This document shows positions 52,628 through 64,000 of a DNA stretch of 64,000 nucleotides, piece after piece. Origin of the DNA: Fonticula alba ATCC 38817 (Eukaryota > Protista > Nucleariida); NCBI GenBank assembly GCA_000388065.2, contig KB932201.1; one strand, given 5' to 3'. A model generated the notes under the pieces. That model was not told where the DNA came from. It saw nothing but the letters and a program-made list of their open reading frames with translations, and did no database searches. The translations under genes were made by a program, and so were the position numbers. The stretch's first letter is position 1; each line of letters begins with the position of its first letter.

Positions 52628-55600
52628 TTAACGCTTGACCCAGGTGAAGCTCTTGCGGGCCTTGGCACGACCGGCCTTCTTCCGCTCCTTCCGAGTGAAG
52701 GAGGACACCGACCAGGCGACTATAGCATGAACCGGGAGGAGGAGGAGGAGGGGGAGAAAGGAAATGATCAGTCAAAGCAGCAGGGGCCGGCGTACAAATG
52801 ACAGACAAGCCCAAGGGGGCATGGGCGACGGAAGGGAAGGCGAGCAACGTACACTGATCCTTGAGGACATCCCGGGCGCCAGGAACCAGGTTGATCAGGG
52901 CTTTACTGATGGCCAGGCGGCAGGCCTTGGCCTGGGAGGAGAGACCACCACCACGGACATTGCACATGACGTCGAACATGCCCAGGGTGTTGGTAAAGTA
53001 GAAGGGATCCACAAAGTACTTGGTGGTGAAGCCGAAGTGGCCGAAGGCCTCATTGAGCGGGCGGTAGTTGACCCAAATGAGACCCTCACCCGGGCGCAGG
53101 AGGACCGTGGCGCGAGAGCGCTTGTGGCGCCCGTGCGAGGTGATGCCCTTCTCCAGGTCCGGAGACTTGGTCTTCGGCGGGGTGGTCGGAGGCACCGGCT
53201 TGCGGAAGACGTTGAGGATGTTGCGAATGCTGTCAACACCCTCGACATCCTTCAGCAGGTTCTCCAGCTGGGTGAGGCGAGAAATGATGTTGCTGCGGGC
53301 GGGGATCGGCGCAAAGGCAACACGGATCAGGCAAGGAGAGCGTGTTAGGACATGGTCACACACATGGCCGGCGAGCGGTGGGGTAGTGGCACAGAAGGGG
53401 GAAAAAGCGGAAGGAAGAGCAAGAGAGAAGAGCAGGCCGGAAGGAGGGAGGCCAGCCGCCCAGTGGCAAAAAGGCCAAGCCAGCTGGCCGACCACCCCCC
53501 CAGCGGCCCCGACTGGACGTCTTTCTCACGCACCCGAAGTGGAACTCGTTGATGGTGAACCCGAAGACCGCCTCAATGAACTTGGCATCGACCCACCGGT
53601 GGGGGGTCTTGGACGCGGCGCCGCCATTGGCAATGTCATCCAGCGACAGCTTGACCGTGTGCTGGGAGAAGTTCCGGGGGCCATCCAGGCCCGAGGCCTC
53701 CAGCTCGCCGATCAACGACAGGGCCTGGTTGTACCGGTCGTTCATGCGCATGGTGGACAGCTCCGAGGAGAAGGGCTCCAGGTCGTTGCGGCGACGAATG
53801 ATTTGCCGGGCAAGGGCGGCATTCTTCCGGCGCATGGTATCCACACTGGACAGGTAGGCCCGCAGGGACACGGCCTCGGTCTCGATGGGCTGGCTGCGGT
53901 TGAAGATGGACGGCCGGTTGCGCAGATAGCGCTTGGTGTCGCGCACGTCGTTCATGAAGCTGATACAGTCATCCAGGAAGGCCACGAATTCCAGCAGGCG
54001 GCTGTTGCCACTGTAGAAGGTGGTGCTGGCCGGGGACCCGATGACCACCTCGTACGAGCGGAACCGATTGACCGTACCCTCGGTACTGTTGAGGAAAGCC
54101 AGGAGCGTGCGGTTTTCCGGGTCATGGCGGATCTGGTCCGCAGAGTCGGCCTGCAGCTGCTCCACCATGGTGGACAGCTTCTCGTGCGGCGAGAGAATGA
54201 CATCCGGGTGCTGCTTGACCATCTCCAGCACCGGGTCATACCGGTTGCCCTTGAGATCGTGCGGCTGGACCGATTTGCTGGGACCCTGGCGGGAACCCGG
54301 GCCATGGAAGTCATGGCCATCATGGCCATCATCATCATCATCATCATCCTCGTCATCCTCGTCATCGGAGCCGGAGCGCTCCACCAGGTCGACATCCGGA
54401 CCGACGCCAATGGCCGCGCGGCCCATCTCGATGGCCGCCTCAATGTCATTGCCAGCACGGTGCAGATGCTGGCCCTTGGCCAGGCGAGCCATCGGGTCGC
54501 CGAGGGTGCTCATCCGATCGGCCCGAAGGCGGCCAGTGCCAGACGGCAGGACCACCCCCTCCAGGTTTTCCTCGGGGATGCCGGTCAGATCGACCCCGGG
54601 CCCGAAGTGCAGGTGGGGATTGGCCGAGGCCGGGTCCTCGGGAGCCGAGGCGGCCAGGTCCGTGGCGATGATGTTGTAATCGTCATCGGAGTTGTTGCCA
54701 TCGCGGCCGCCACGGCCACCCTTACGGCGGTCAGTGCGCGAGTCCTTCTTGAGGGTGGGCAGCCGGTGGCGCGGATCGCGCTTGATGGCCGACTCGTCCA
54801 TATCCTCATTCTGGATGTCCGGGCGCTCCTGCTGCATCATGTTGATGAGGGACCGCTCATGCGGGTAGGTCACCATGGAGTCCGGGTTGGGGACCACGGC
54901 ATTAATAAGACGGTCCACGGTGTTGGAGGTCTTATCGGCGTAGGCCTCCCAATCGGGCTGCTTGAAGAAGGTACCCGTGGTGGGAACACTGTCGCGGTCG
55001 ATGGAGATGATGTTGTTCACCTGCATGGTCCGATCGGAGGGGTTCTCCTCGCGCAGGTACACCGGGATATTCTTCAGAGTAACCATCTTGCCATTCTCGG
55101 CGATGTAGTTGAAGGTCCGGTACTGGAACTTGCGCCCGGTGTCATCCACCTGGTAGTCCAGCCCCGTGTGGAAGGTGGGCACCACAAGCAGGCGATTGCG
55201 GAAGGGGTCCGTCAGGGCCGGGGCATCGGCCACATAGAGCTCGAACTCGGCGGCACCAGCCCAGTGAGGCTGCTTCAGCAGGTCAGCCAGGAACTCAAGC
55301 ACCGGGCCCGGGGCATTGTGATCCGGGGCCGGGGGCACAATCACACCGGCCAGGGGGCGATCCTTCTCGCTGACAAATTGCGCCACCCGCAGGCCGGCAT
55401 GGCCGTCGTAGGTCATCTCCTGGAGCCAGGCCGGGGCATCGGGCGGCAGGCGCCCAGCATCACGCAGAGCCATCAGCGCACGAGCCGTCAGCTCGCGCAG
55501 CTGACGATCATCGAGCTCCCGGCCGGCCAGCTGCGGCGCATCAATCAGCTCGCTGTACGTGGAGGCCACGGCCTCGGAGGCGGTCTTCTGCAGACGCCGG

Positions 55601-56084
55601 GCCATGGGCTCACGGTAGCGGAGGATGTCCGTGTCACGCTGGCCGGTCGACCCCTGGACGTTGGCAGCCTGCAGGGAGTCCAGGTGCTGGCTCAGGGAAT
55701 CGGAGAAAGTGGAGTAGGTCTCCGGGGGGACATCCGTGGTGGCGACCTCCTGGGGGGGGGTGGTGTCGAGAGGGGGCTCGGCGGCGTCGGAGGCCGGGGG
55801 GGCAGGGGGCTCGTTGGACGAGCTGTCACCGCCGGTCACGGCGGTGGAAAAGCCCCGCAGGAGGGGAGACTATGTGCACGCGTGCGCATGTGTTTCAAGG
55901 TGGTGCGGGTCCCGGGGAGGGGGGAGGGGGGCGGAGGAAGAGAAGAGGAGGGGAAAGGCAGCGGGGGAAGAGTAAGAGGCAAATGACAACACGCTGAGCA
56001 GGCCGGATAGAGGAACATCGGGAGTCGTACGGTGGGGCTGCGGTGGGCAAAGGCCCGGGAGAGCGAGGTGCGCATGGTAAGCAT
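52628..56084 (-). CDS. MRPS9: Mitochondrial ribosomal protein uS9m with a very long N-terminal extension, about 973 aa
   Basis: Exons 56084-56031, 55869-53534, 53292-52853 and 52719-52628 sum to 974 codons. Presequence-like start MLTMRTSLSRAFAHRSPTSPLLRGFSTA. S9 domain: GRHKRSRATVLLRPGEG..WVN, VRGGGLSSQAKACRLAISKAL, RKERKKAGRAKARKSFTWVKR*. Confidence 0.9.
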
Positions 56085-56829
56085 GGTCACACTTCAGGGA
56101 CGGCGGCGTGGAGAAACGCGTGCCAGTGGGGGATCTGCCGGAAAAGGGATCGCCCTAAACAGGCAGCAGGGAAGGGGGTGGGGCGAGCAGGGCCTCTCGC
56201 CGGTGGGGTTCACCGGGGGTCGAAGGAACGTCGGCACGCGCACACGCACACACACACACACAGGGGACACACGCAGGAGACACTCGGGGCGGGCTCTGCG
56301 CGATGACCGGGGTGCGTGACAGGTGGCGAGGTGGAGGGAGGGGGGGGGAGGAGGAGGCGGGGAGGACGGCGCGGGGCGGGCGGAGAGAGAGAGGCGAGAA
56401 AGAGGGGAACCTGGTGTGCCTGGGGTCGCAAGGGAGGAGGAGGGAGAGGGGCAGGGGAGGGCAAGGGCGAAGGGGGGAGGCAGTAACCAGAGGTCGTATG
56501 GCGCGCGGGCTCCGGGGCGTGCGCGCGGTCCGGGGGCAACCAGAAAAATACACAGCGGCCCTACGCGAGGGGCACCCGCTCGCCCCCCCCCCCCCCCCCC
56601 CTGCCCGCCCCCCCCCCCCCCCCCTGCTCCCATCCCACCCCCACATGCAGCGGGGGCCGCCCGTCCGTCCGCCCGTCCGTCCGTCCATCCGCGCGTACAC
56701 TAGGCGCCAGTGTCGACACGGGCGGCCTCCGGGGGGGAGAAAAGAAAGAAAGAAAGCAGGGGGGGGATGCGGGATCGACACCCGCCCGCCCATGGGCGGG
56801 ACTCTATTGGTGGGGCAGGTGCCAACGGT

Positions 56830-57768
56830 CTAGCACTCGGCGAGGCGCCGCTCGGCGACCTGCTTCCCGAGGACGGCCATGACCGTGGCGATGGGCGCGC
56901 CGGCTGGCGACCCGGTGAGCAGGCTGCGCAGGCCCTGCAGGAGGTCCTTCTGCTTGAGGGGCCCGGCGCCGGCCGGCAGCCGGGGATCGTCGGCCGGCAG
57001 CCGGGCCTTCAGGCACGCGGACAGGGCCTTCTCGTCGGCGAAGTCCGGCAGCCGGGCCAGCTCCGGGAGGACGGCGTGGCGGATGGTGGCTGGGCAGCCC
57101 CCCCGGGCCGGGGGCGGGGGAGCAAAAAGGAGAAGAAGAAAGAGCGGAATGGGTGTCAAAGGCCGGCCCCCGGGCATGGTGTGGCAGGCAAACAACAACA
57201 ACAGCAAAAAAAAAAAAGAGGCGGGCGGCGAAGCGAGGTCAGGGCCGAGGGGAGCGGGGCACGTACCGGCCACGGCCGGGGCCAGGGTCGCCCGGATGGC
57301 GGCCACCTGCTCGGGCGACGCCTCGCGGAAGAAGTACCGATACGTGGAGGACACATCTCCAAGGAGGGCGATGCGGTCGGTGACGATGGCCGCCACCACG
57401 CGGAGGACATACTCCCGGTCGACGGCGGCCCCCGGGGCCTCGGGGATGGGGCGGGTCCAGTGCTCGGCGGTGGTGGCGGCCGCATCGGCCGGGCCATCGA
57501 GCGCCGCCCCGGCCAGATGGTCGAGCACGATGTCGGCCAGGCGCCGGAGCCCCTCCGGCGTGGCCGCCAGCCGGAGGATGTGCTGGCGGTTGAACCAGTT
57601 GAGCTTCTCCACCGACACGACCGCCGAGCCGCGGTTGATGTCACGCACATCGAACTGTGCCATGGCGGTGCCCCATCGGGGGGGGGGGGNNNNNNNNNNN
57701 NNNNNNNNNNNNNNNNNGCCCCGGCCGCGCTTACTCGCCAGTGTGGAGAGGAACACCCACGCAGGGGC

Positions 57769-57810
<42 letters not shown>

Positions 57811-58070
57811 CGGTTGCCGGAAGGCCGGGCCCCGAGCCATCTGCGACTCTTGCCGCGCCCTCGCTGGCCTCCGTGGTGGTCCAAGGCGCGGTCGTGGGCC
57901 GTGCGGCTTCATGGGGCTTTGTGGGCAGGAGAGTGGCTGGGGGCCACTGGCTTGTGATGCACCTGAGCGTCGTTCGCCCTCGCCCAGCCGCTCGGCTGCC
58001 CCCGGCAACCAGCCAGCCACAAAAGGCTTGTCGGCCGCCAGGAAGCGAGTGTGGGCGAGAGGGCCCGCAT
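56830..58070 (-). CDS. Glutamyl-tRNA synthetase-like protein: only the C-terminal (anticodon-binding) portion is visible
   Basis: Exons 57654-57267 and 57089-56830 encode FDVRDINRGSAVVSVEKLNWFNRQHI and LQGLRSLLTGSPAGAPIATVMAVLGKQVAERRL, both typical of the GluRS C-terminal region. A candidate first exon at 58070-57963 is presequence-like. No HIGH or KMSKS motifs were found. An N-gap at 57690-57717 lies in the intervening intron. Confidence 0.7.
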
Positions 58071-58841
58071 TCAACACAGCGGGCCTGCCCGCCGGGATGG
58101 GGTGGGGTGCGGGGGGGGGGGCCACGCGAATTGCCATTCTCGCCTTCTTGTCTCCCCAGAACACTGGCCAGTTTCACTGGACTGGCACGCAGGCCGCGCC
58201 CGCGTGCTGTGGCCTCCGCCCTGCGTTCCGGCCCGAGCGGGGGCTCGAGGCATGAATCTCCCACGCCACACCCACGGAGTCGAAGCCAGAGTCACCAAGT
58301 GAGGGCTTGGCAGGGGGGAGGGGGGTGCGCATTCTGGGGGTTCGGATGGCCAGGGTGCGCAGGGCTGGCCGGTCCTTTCATGCCCACTCGATTGGCAACT
58401 GCCGGGCCTCGGGCGCCGCCACCATTTGGCAAGACGCGCACCGATGTGTCTTTCTCTCTCTCTCTCTCTCTCTGCCCTCTGCCTGGCCGGGTCGGGCCTG
58501 GCCAGTACCCTGACCTCGGGTTTCTAATACGCGAGGTCCGAAGCGCGTCGCGGTACTGCTCTGTGGCCACCCCCCCCCCCTCCATCGCCTTTAAACAGAG
58601 GGGACCGAGATCTGCAGCGATCAACATCAGAACGGAATGTCGATATGTGGAACGGCATTGCCCACATCAGAAGGACTTATATTGCAGACCAAAGTCATCT
58701 GATCCGCCGTCGGCGTCATACATATCGGCATACACATGACCATTCACAGTCCATTGTTGGTGTGTCTGTCCGGGGAGTGTTTTTTTTTTTTTTCACATCG
58801 CCCGAGACAACAGTGCGGGAGGGAGGCGAGATCAGGGACGG

Positions 58842-59846
58842 TCAGGCAGGTGGGGATGTGCGGCACCAGGGAAGAAGGCGGAGATGGACCAGAGTGAGTG
58901 TTGGGTTGAGGGTCTAAGAGCGAGGTGATCGCGTGTGTGCGTGTGTGTGTGTGTGGGGGGGGGGGGGAATGCGCGAGCAAGGGTCAAAGAAAGGGAAGGA
59001 CAGGACAGCGCGCGTACATTGAGGATCGGACTGCTGGAAACCGACGCCTCGGTGGGAGCCAGTGGCGAGGGCGCCTCGTCCAGCCCGAGGATTGGGCCTT
59101 GGATGGAAAACATGATCCCGGCTGCGGCCGGTTCCTCGACGGGCTCCGAGGACGTCAGAGGGACCGGGCTCGCCGGAACCCCAGCGGCCGCCGCCACGGG
59201 CGACCGCAGCACCGAGATATTGTTGCCTTGACGGGGCACCGAGGCTGCAGAGGGGGCAGCCCCTCCGGTCGGAAGGCGTGGGCCCATAGGCCCAGAGCGC
59301 ATGTGTCCGCGTTGCGAGAGGACCGTCGCCAGACGCAGGGCAGCCATGGTCCGCCGGAGGGAGGCCTGGGCCCTCGTGCGGCATTCACTTGACAACACGG
59401 TCAGATCTTGACCGTCGGACTGGCGATGGGTATTCGTCACCCCAGGCGTCTGGTCGTTGCCGGATGGTCCGGACGAGTGAATGAGGGACTCCAGCGTGTC
59501 ATGCGCATGACGCAAGCGCCGGGCGTCGGTGTCAAGGGCACGCTGCGCGCGCAGTAGATAGGCACCGGAAGTCAGCCGCATACTTTGTGGCATATGCATG
59601 TGTGCGTGTGTAGGGTGTAAAAGGGCGGGGCGTACAGTGAGAAGAACAGTGGCCGGGACACGCCGGCGAATGGCGTCCTGAACTTTGCTCAGCCCGGTCA
59701 TTGGTGCGTCGGCCGGGCCGAAGGCAGCCTCAGCGAAGCGAACCATTGCTGCGCATCATCATGGTGACGGGGGCGGAGCGAGGCACGAGGGGAAGAAGTC
59801 AGCGACGCGCGGGAGGTGAAAGCGTGCGGCAGGCGGGGTAGGGGGG

Positions 59847-59884
<38 letters not shown>

Positions 59885-59969
59885 CAGAGGCGCCCCCCGG
59901 GAGGCTGGGCCGGGGGGGGGCACATGACGCAGGACGGGGTTCTTGAAGGACACCGGCACCTGCCGGTCT

Positions 59970-60006
<37 letters not shown>

Positions 60007-60139
60007 TGTGCATACTCTTGCGGGCAGCTTGCACGGTTTCCGGGGTCAGCTCCGACCGGAGGGGCGACTGCCGGTGCTGCTCCTCCTGGGCCCTGATGTT
60101 GCTGTAGGCCATTGTCAGAATGGCCGAGTTCATTGACAT
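58842..60139 (-). CDS. Hypothetical protein (spliced)
   Basis: Exons 60139-60007, 59748-59636, 59542-59018 and probably 58913-58842. The phase-1 intron 60006-59749 removes the poly-C tracts and joins ...KSMH-T-MVRFAE in frame. No family recognised. Confidence 0.55.
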
Positions 60140-61309
60140 CGTGAATGGGCAGCGGGCGGGGGGCGCTGGAGGCGGGCGACGGGCACGGGAGAGGGGGGGC
60201 GGGGGGGCGAGGAGAGGCGAGGTGATGCCAGCCCCGTCGGGGGGCTGGCTCTCTGGGTGGGTGGCCTTCAGGAGCACGAAGTGACAACCGGCGGAAGATC
60301 GTCCGGATCATGTGACCCTCCTTCCGGCATGCCGCCCGGCCGGAGTCGGGCATGCTAGGGTCCGCCGAGGCCGGAGGAGCAGGGCGGCGCTTGGCCAGGG
60401 GGAGGGCGGAGGGGGGGGGGGCGCAAAGGAATGCAGCGTTTTCCAAGCCCGGCGGGGCCGGATGCGGGGCGGGCATTTGGCATCCCACCGGGCTGTATCT
60501 TACACTCGGGTGAGACCGGGGGGCATCCCTTGTTTTTTTACGGGGAAAGCCGGCAGGAGGCTCTCGAGCAGGAGGCGGGTGCGGAACGGATCCAGGGGCG
60601 CCAACCGGGCAAGGGTCGCGCACGGTTCTCCGGCAGGCCTTCCCTGCCCTTCGCAGGGGAGTGCCCCTGGGGGGAGGGGGAACGATGGCCAGGACGCACG
60701 GCTCCCCCCCCCCGCCCCCAGTTGCAACCCCGGGGCTCCTCTCAACACCGGGCAGGCCGCCCAGCCGACGCCCAGAGCTGAGCCCCGGGGCGGCAAGTTG
60801 CCGTGGCCGCAGCGCAGGCAGTGCGGTCGGAGCAGCCGATTGACTGGCCTCTGAATGGGGGGTGGGCCTCGGTGTGGCATTGGGCCCGTTCGGCCCCCCG
60901 CCCCCCCGCCCCCCCCGAGGTGGAGCGGATTGTCAACCGGTTGCCGCCGGACCCGCGGCCTCGAGGCGAGGCGGGCCCCCCTGTGAGCCCCCACCCGCTC
61001 CCCACCTCTCTTGTGGGGCCTGGCCGCTCTTTCCGGCCTCCTGGCGATGGTGTGTGTGTGTGTGTGTGTGTGGCGACCGCCCGAGTATCATCCGTTCACA
61101 CACAGATGCGTTGCTCCGCTCCGGCCTGCACGTCTCATTTGCCCGGGGGCGCGTGGATTTTTGACGCCACACGCCGGTCGTGCTCGGTGCTCGCCACTGT
61201 CGGCAACCTTCTTCCCCCTCTTTATTTCTCTCTCTCTCTCTCTCCCCCCTCTCCCCCCCCCCCGCCCCACCTTTCGTCCCCCTCCTCCTGAAGCAGAAGC
61301 CCGCGCGCC

Positions 61310-63363
61310 ATGGCCACCAAGGTATGCTGGCACCTCGTCTGACCCCTCGCCGGCCACCGCCGTCATTGCTGTCTCTCTTTCTCCCTCTTCCACTTCCCTC
61401 TCGCTCCCTCTCGCTCCCTCTCGCTTGCTCGCTCCCTCCCTCCCCCTCGCTCCTCCCTACTCCCTACTACACGCACAAGGGTGCTAACCTCATCCGCACC
61501 CCTCGCCATCAGTACGTCCCCGTCAAGCCCGACATCGCCACCCCCAGGAAGGGGACCCGCCGCCCCCGGCGCCTGCCGACCCTGAACATCATGATCGTCG
61601 GCTCGGCCGGCCTGGGCAAGACCACCCTGGTGCAGGCCATGACCGAGGGGCACGACCTGTCCGGGCCGTCGCACCCGATCGACCTGCCCAGCACGGTGGC
61701 CGTCTCTGCCCGGTCTATGGTGCTGGACATCTCCGGCGCCCTGACCCAGCTGTCGATTATCGACACTCCCGGCTTCGGGGCCGGCCTCGACCGCCGGGAC
61801 CACTTCGAGGCGGTGGTCAATTATGTGGAGCAGCAGCAGCTTCGCTACCTGATCGAGGAGTCTCGTGTCGATCGCAGTCTCAATGTCATCGATACTCGTG
61901 TCCATGTGGCCGTGTACATGATTCCGCCCACCGGCACCGCGTACGTCGATGCCCTGCCCGATCCTTTGCCCCTCGCCGCGCCCACCGCGCATCCTCCTCC
62001 TCTGNNNNNNNNNNNNNNNNNNNNNNNNNNNNNNNNNNNNNNNNNNNNNNNNNNNNNNNNNNNNNNNNNNNNNNNNNNNNNNNNNNNNNNNNNNNNNNNN
62101 NNNNNNNNNNNNNNNNNNNNNNNNNNNNNNNNNNNNNNNNNNNNNNNNNNNNNNNNNNNNNNNNNNNNNNNNNNNNNNNNNNNNNNNNNNNNNNNNNNNN
62201 NNNNNNNNNNNNNNNNNNNNNNNNNNNNNNNNNNNNNNNNNNNNNNNNNNNNNNNNNNNNNNNNNNNNNNNNNNNNNNNNNNNNNNNNNNNNNNNNNNNN
62301 NNNNNNNNTCTCTCCCTCGCATGTGCCCTGGCTAACCCTCCCGAGCCGGTCTCTCGCCCACTGCGCCACGTCCAAACCAGCCCCTCCTCCCCTTCTCCAT
62401 CATTTGCAGCAATGTCACCGAGAAGCTCCCTGGCCACAAGGAGCCGGTCCTCGTGCGCAAGTACCCCTGGGGCACGATTAATGTTGAAGATCCGGAGATC
62501 TGTGACTACACCCTGCTGGCCAGCTGCCTTCTGGAGTGCGTCCTCGTTTTTCCGCGGCTGCTGGTGCCCTTCCGGTGGCCGCCTTCTGTCGCCATCCCCC
62601 CCCCCCCCTCCCCCCCTCTCTTCCCCTCCTTCCCCCTTTCTGGGCCCATTCTCGCCTTCGCCCCCTGTCACCCGCCTCTTCTTTTTCGGGCGGGGAGTGT
62701 GGGGGTGGGGGTGGGGGGGCCACGCATTTCCTCTCGGTCCACCTCCTGCGCCTTCCTCGTCTGCCTAACAACAAGCAACAGCACCCACATCGAGTTCTTC
62801 ACCGAGCGCTCGCGCCTGATCCACTACGAGTCCTTCCGCCGTGAGGTGCTCAGCTCGGCGGCCGATGGCGGGCATCTGGATACGGCCGCCATCGAGGCCC
62901 TGCTCGACCAGAACCTCCAGCTGGAGAATGCTCGCGCCAACCAGTCGGACGCCGCTTCCAAGCACCACATTGGCAGCCTGCTGTCGGCCATGTCGGCCTT
63001 TGGCGAGGAGGAGGAGCCCCCTGTGGTGAAGAAGTGCGCGTCCTCTTCCTCTCTTGCCGTCCCTCTCCCCGCTGCTCCATTCCGACACCCACCCTCCTTC
63101 TCCTTGAGAGGGAGATTGCCGCCATATCGTATGTTCGAGCTCTAACGTTCCCCTGCCTCCCTCCTCGCTCTGCACGCGTCCCCGCATGTAGGACCCGCAC
63201 TCCGGAGGAGCTTATGGAGCGGGCTCTCCGCCGTGAGGAGCTCTCCCGTCGCGGATCTTCCTCGCAGCAGTCCCCGCAGCTGACCGACTCGACCGAGGCC
63301 CCGTCCCTGGTGACGGCGGACTCGGTCACCTCCTTCGCCGAGTCGGCCGATGTCGCGGTCTAA
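61310..63363 (+). CDS. Septin
   Basis: Exon 1 is MATK, followed by a polybasic stretch and NIMIVGSAGLGKTTLV (G1), IIDTPGFG (G3), DTRVHVAVYMI, RKYPWGTINVED..CD (septin-unique element) and HYESFR. The G4 region falls in the N-gap at 62005-62308. Confidence 0.93.
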
Positions 63364-63824
63364 TGTGCTCGGGGGATGGCCGAGATATTGTGTACATGCG
63401 TCCCGCCGGCGGGTGTGTCCGACTGTCAAGGCGCGAAGTGTGGTCATCAAGGATGGCCGCGTGTGCATCCCGCGCGGTGTGGCATGCGATTGTGGATGGG
63501 GGAATTTTCCTTTGTCCCCCCTTCCTGGTTCTTTTTGCCTCCCTCTCTCTCTCTCTCTCTCTCCCCCGCCCCCACCCACCCACCAATGTACACGTGCGCA
63601 TCCGCGTACATCTGCACGCGGCTCTCCCAGCTGGCCATCGAGAAGCCAACCAGCAGAGTCAACAGGGTACAACTCGGCATCGCCAGGGGAGGGGTGGGGG
63701 AAGTGCACGGCCCCGAAGTCCTGCCGGGCCTTCCTCCTCCTCCCCCTTCCCTCCGATGTGCATGGGTGTGCTCTCGCTCCTGATGTTTTCTTTCTCGTCG
63801 ACCGCCCGGCCTCAGGGCTGGGAA

Positions 63825-63830
63825 AATAAA
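63825..63830 (+). terminator. Candidate polyadenylation signal AATAAA for the septin gene
   Basis: AATAAA in an AT-rich patch about 460 nt after the stop codon. Confidence 0.3.
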
Positions 63831-63964
63831 TATAAATGCAAATCATACCTCCCTTTCTTTCCCGCTTCCCCCCCACCTTCTCCTGGCCACCTCTCTCTCT
63901 GTCTCTCTCTCATTGTCTTGGCCTCCCCGGCCCTCTTACCGCCCTCCTCCGCACTCTTTCAGTG

Positions 63965-64000
<36 letters not shown>

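Noticed and set aside
59747-60010. Apparent polyproline tracts, an LRHV (WH2-like) motif and an in-frame TGA-TGA between two same-frame ORFs, suggesting readthrough or an actin regulator
   Set aside because: A phase-1 GT-AG intron (60006-59749) removes all of it and joins the ORFs cleanly. The prolines are pure C-runs like those in other introns.

Overview
This is a GC-rich, intron-containing eukaryotic genomic window using the standard code, with several N-gaps mostly flanked by poly-G/C runs. The composition, microsatellite-rich introns and opisthokont-type gene set suggest a unicellular holomycotan/opisthokont protist such as Fonticula; this is inference only and unverified. I reconstruct about 16 spliced protein-coding genes and one tRNA-Leu(AAG). 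In order they are: a PH-like+CUE protein, bifunctional P5CS, a large polyproline protein, the tRNA, a small hypothetical gene, a Max/Myc-like bHLH factor, a SUN-domain protein, a PEX3-like protein, an EamA/DMT transporter, FPP synthase, acyl-CoA thioesterase, a DED1/DDX3 helicase, DPM1, an approximately 970-aa mitochondrial uS9, a GluRS C-terminal-only gene, a hypothetical gene and a septin. I found no mobile element, rRNA or CRISPR array. Most long ORFs in the supplied track are antisense or off-frame shadows, or run through introns. Exon coordinates were derived by hand from GT-AG sites and frame continuity and need RNA-seq confirmation. The most unusual items are the catalytic-domain-less GluRS with a putative mitochondrial presequence, the giant uS9m, a candidate uORF/(GCC)n leader abutting the DED1 start, an 80-bp exact direct repeat flanking the bHLH gene, and a dominant GTRCGY splice-donor consensus.
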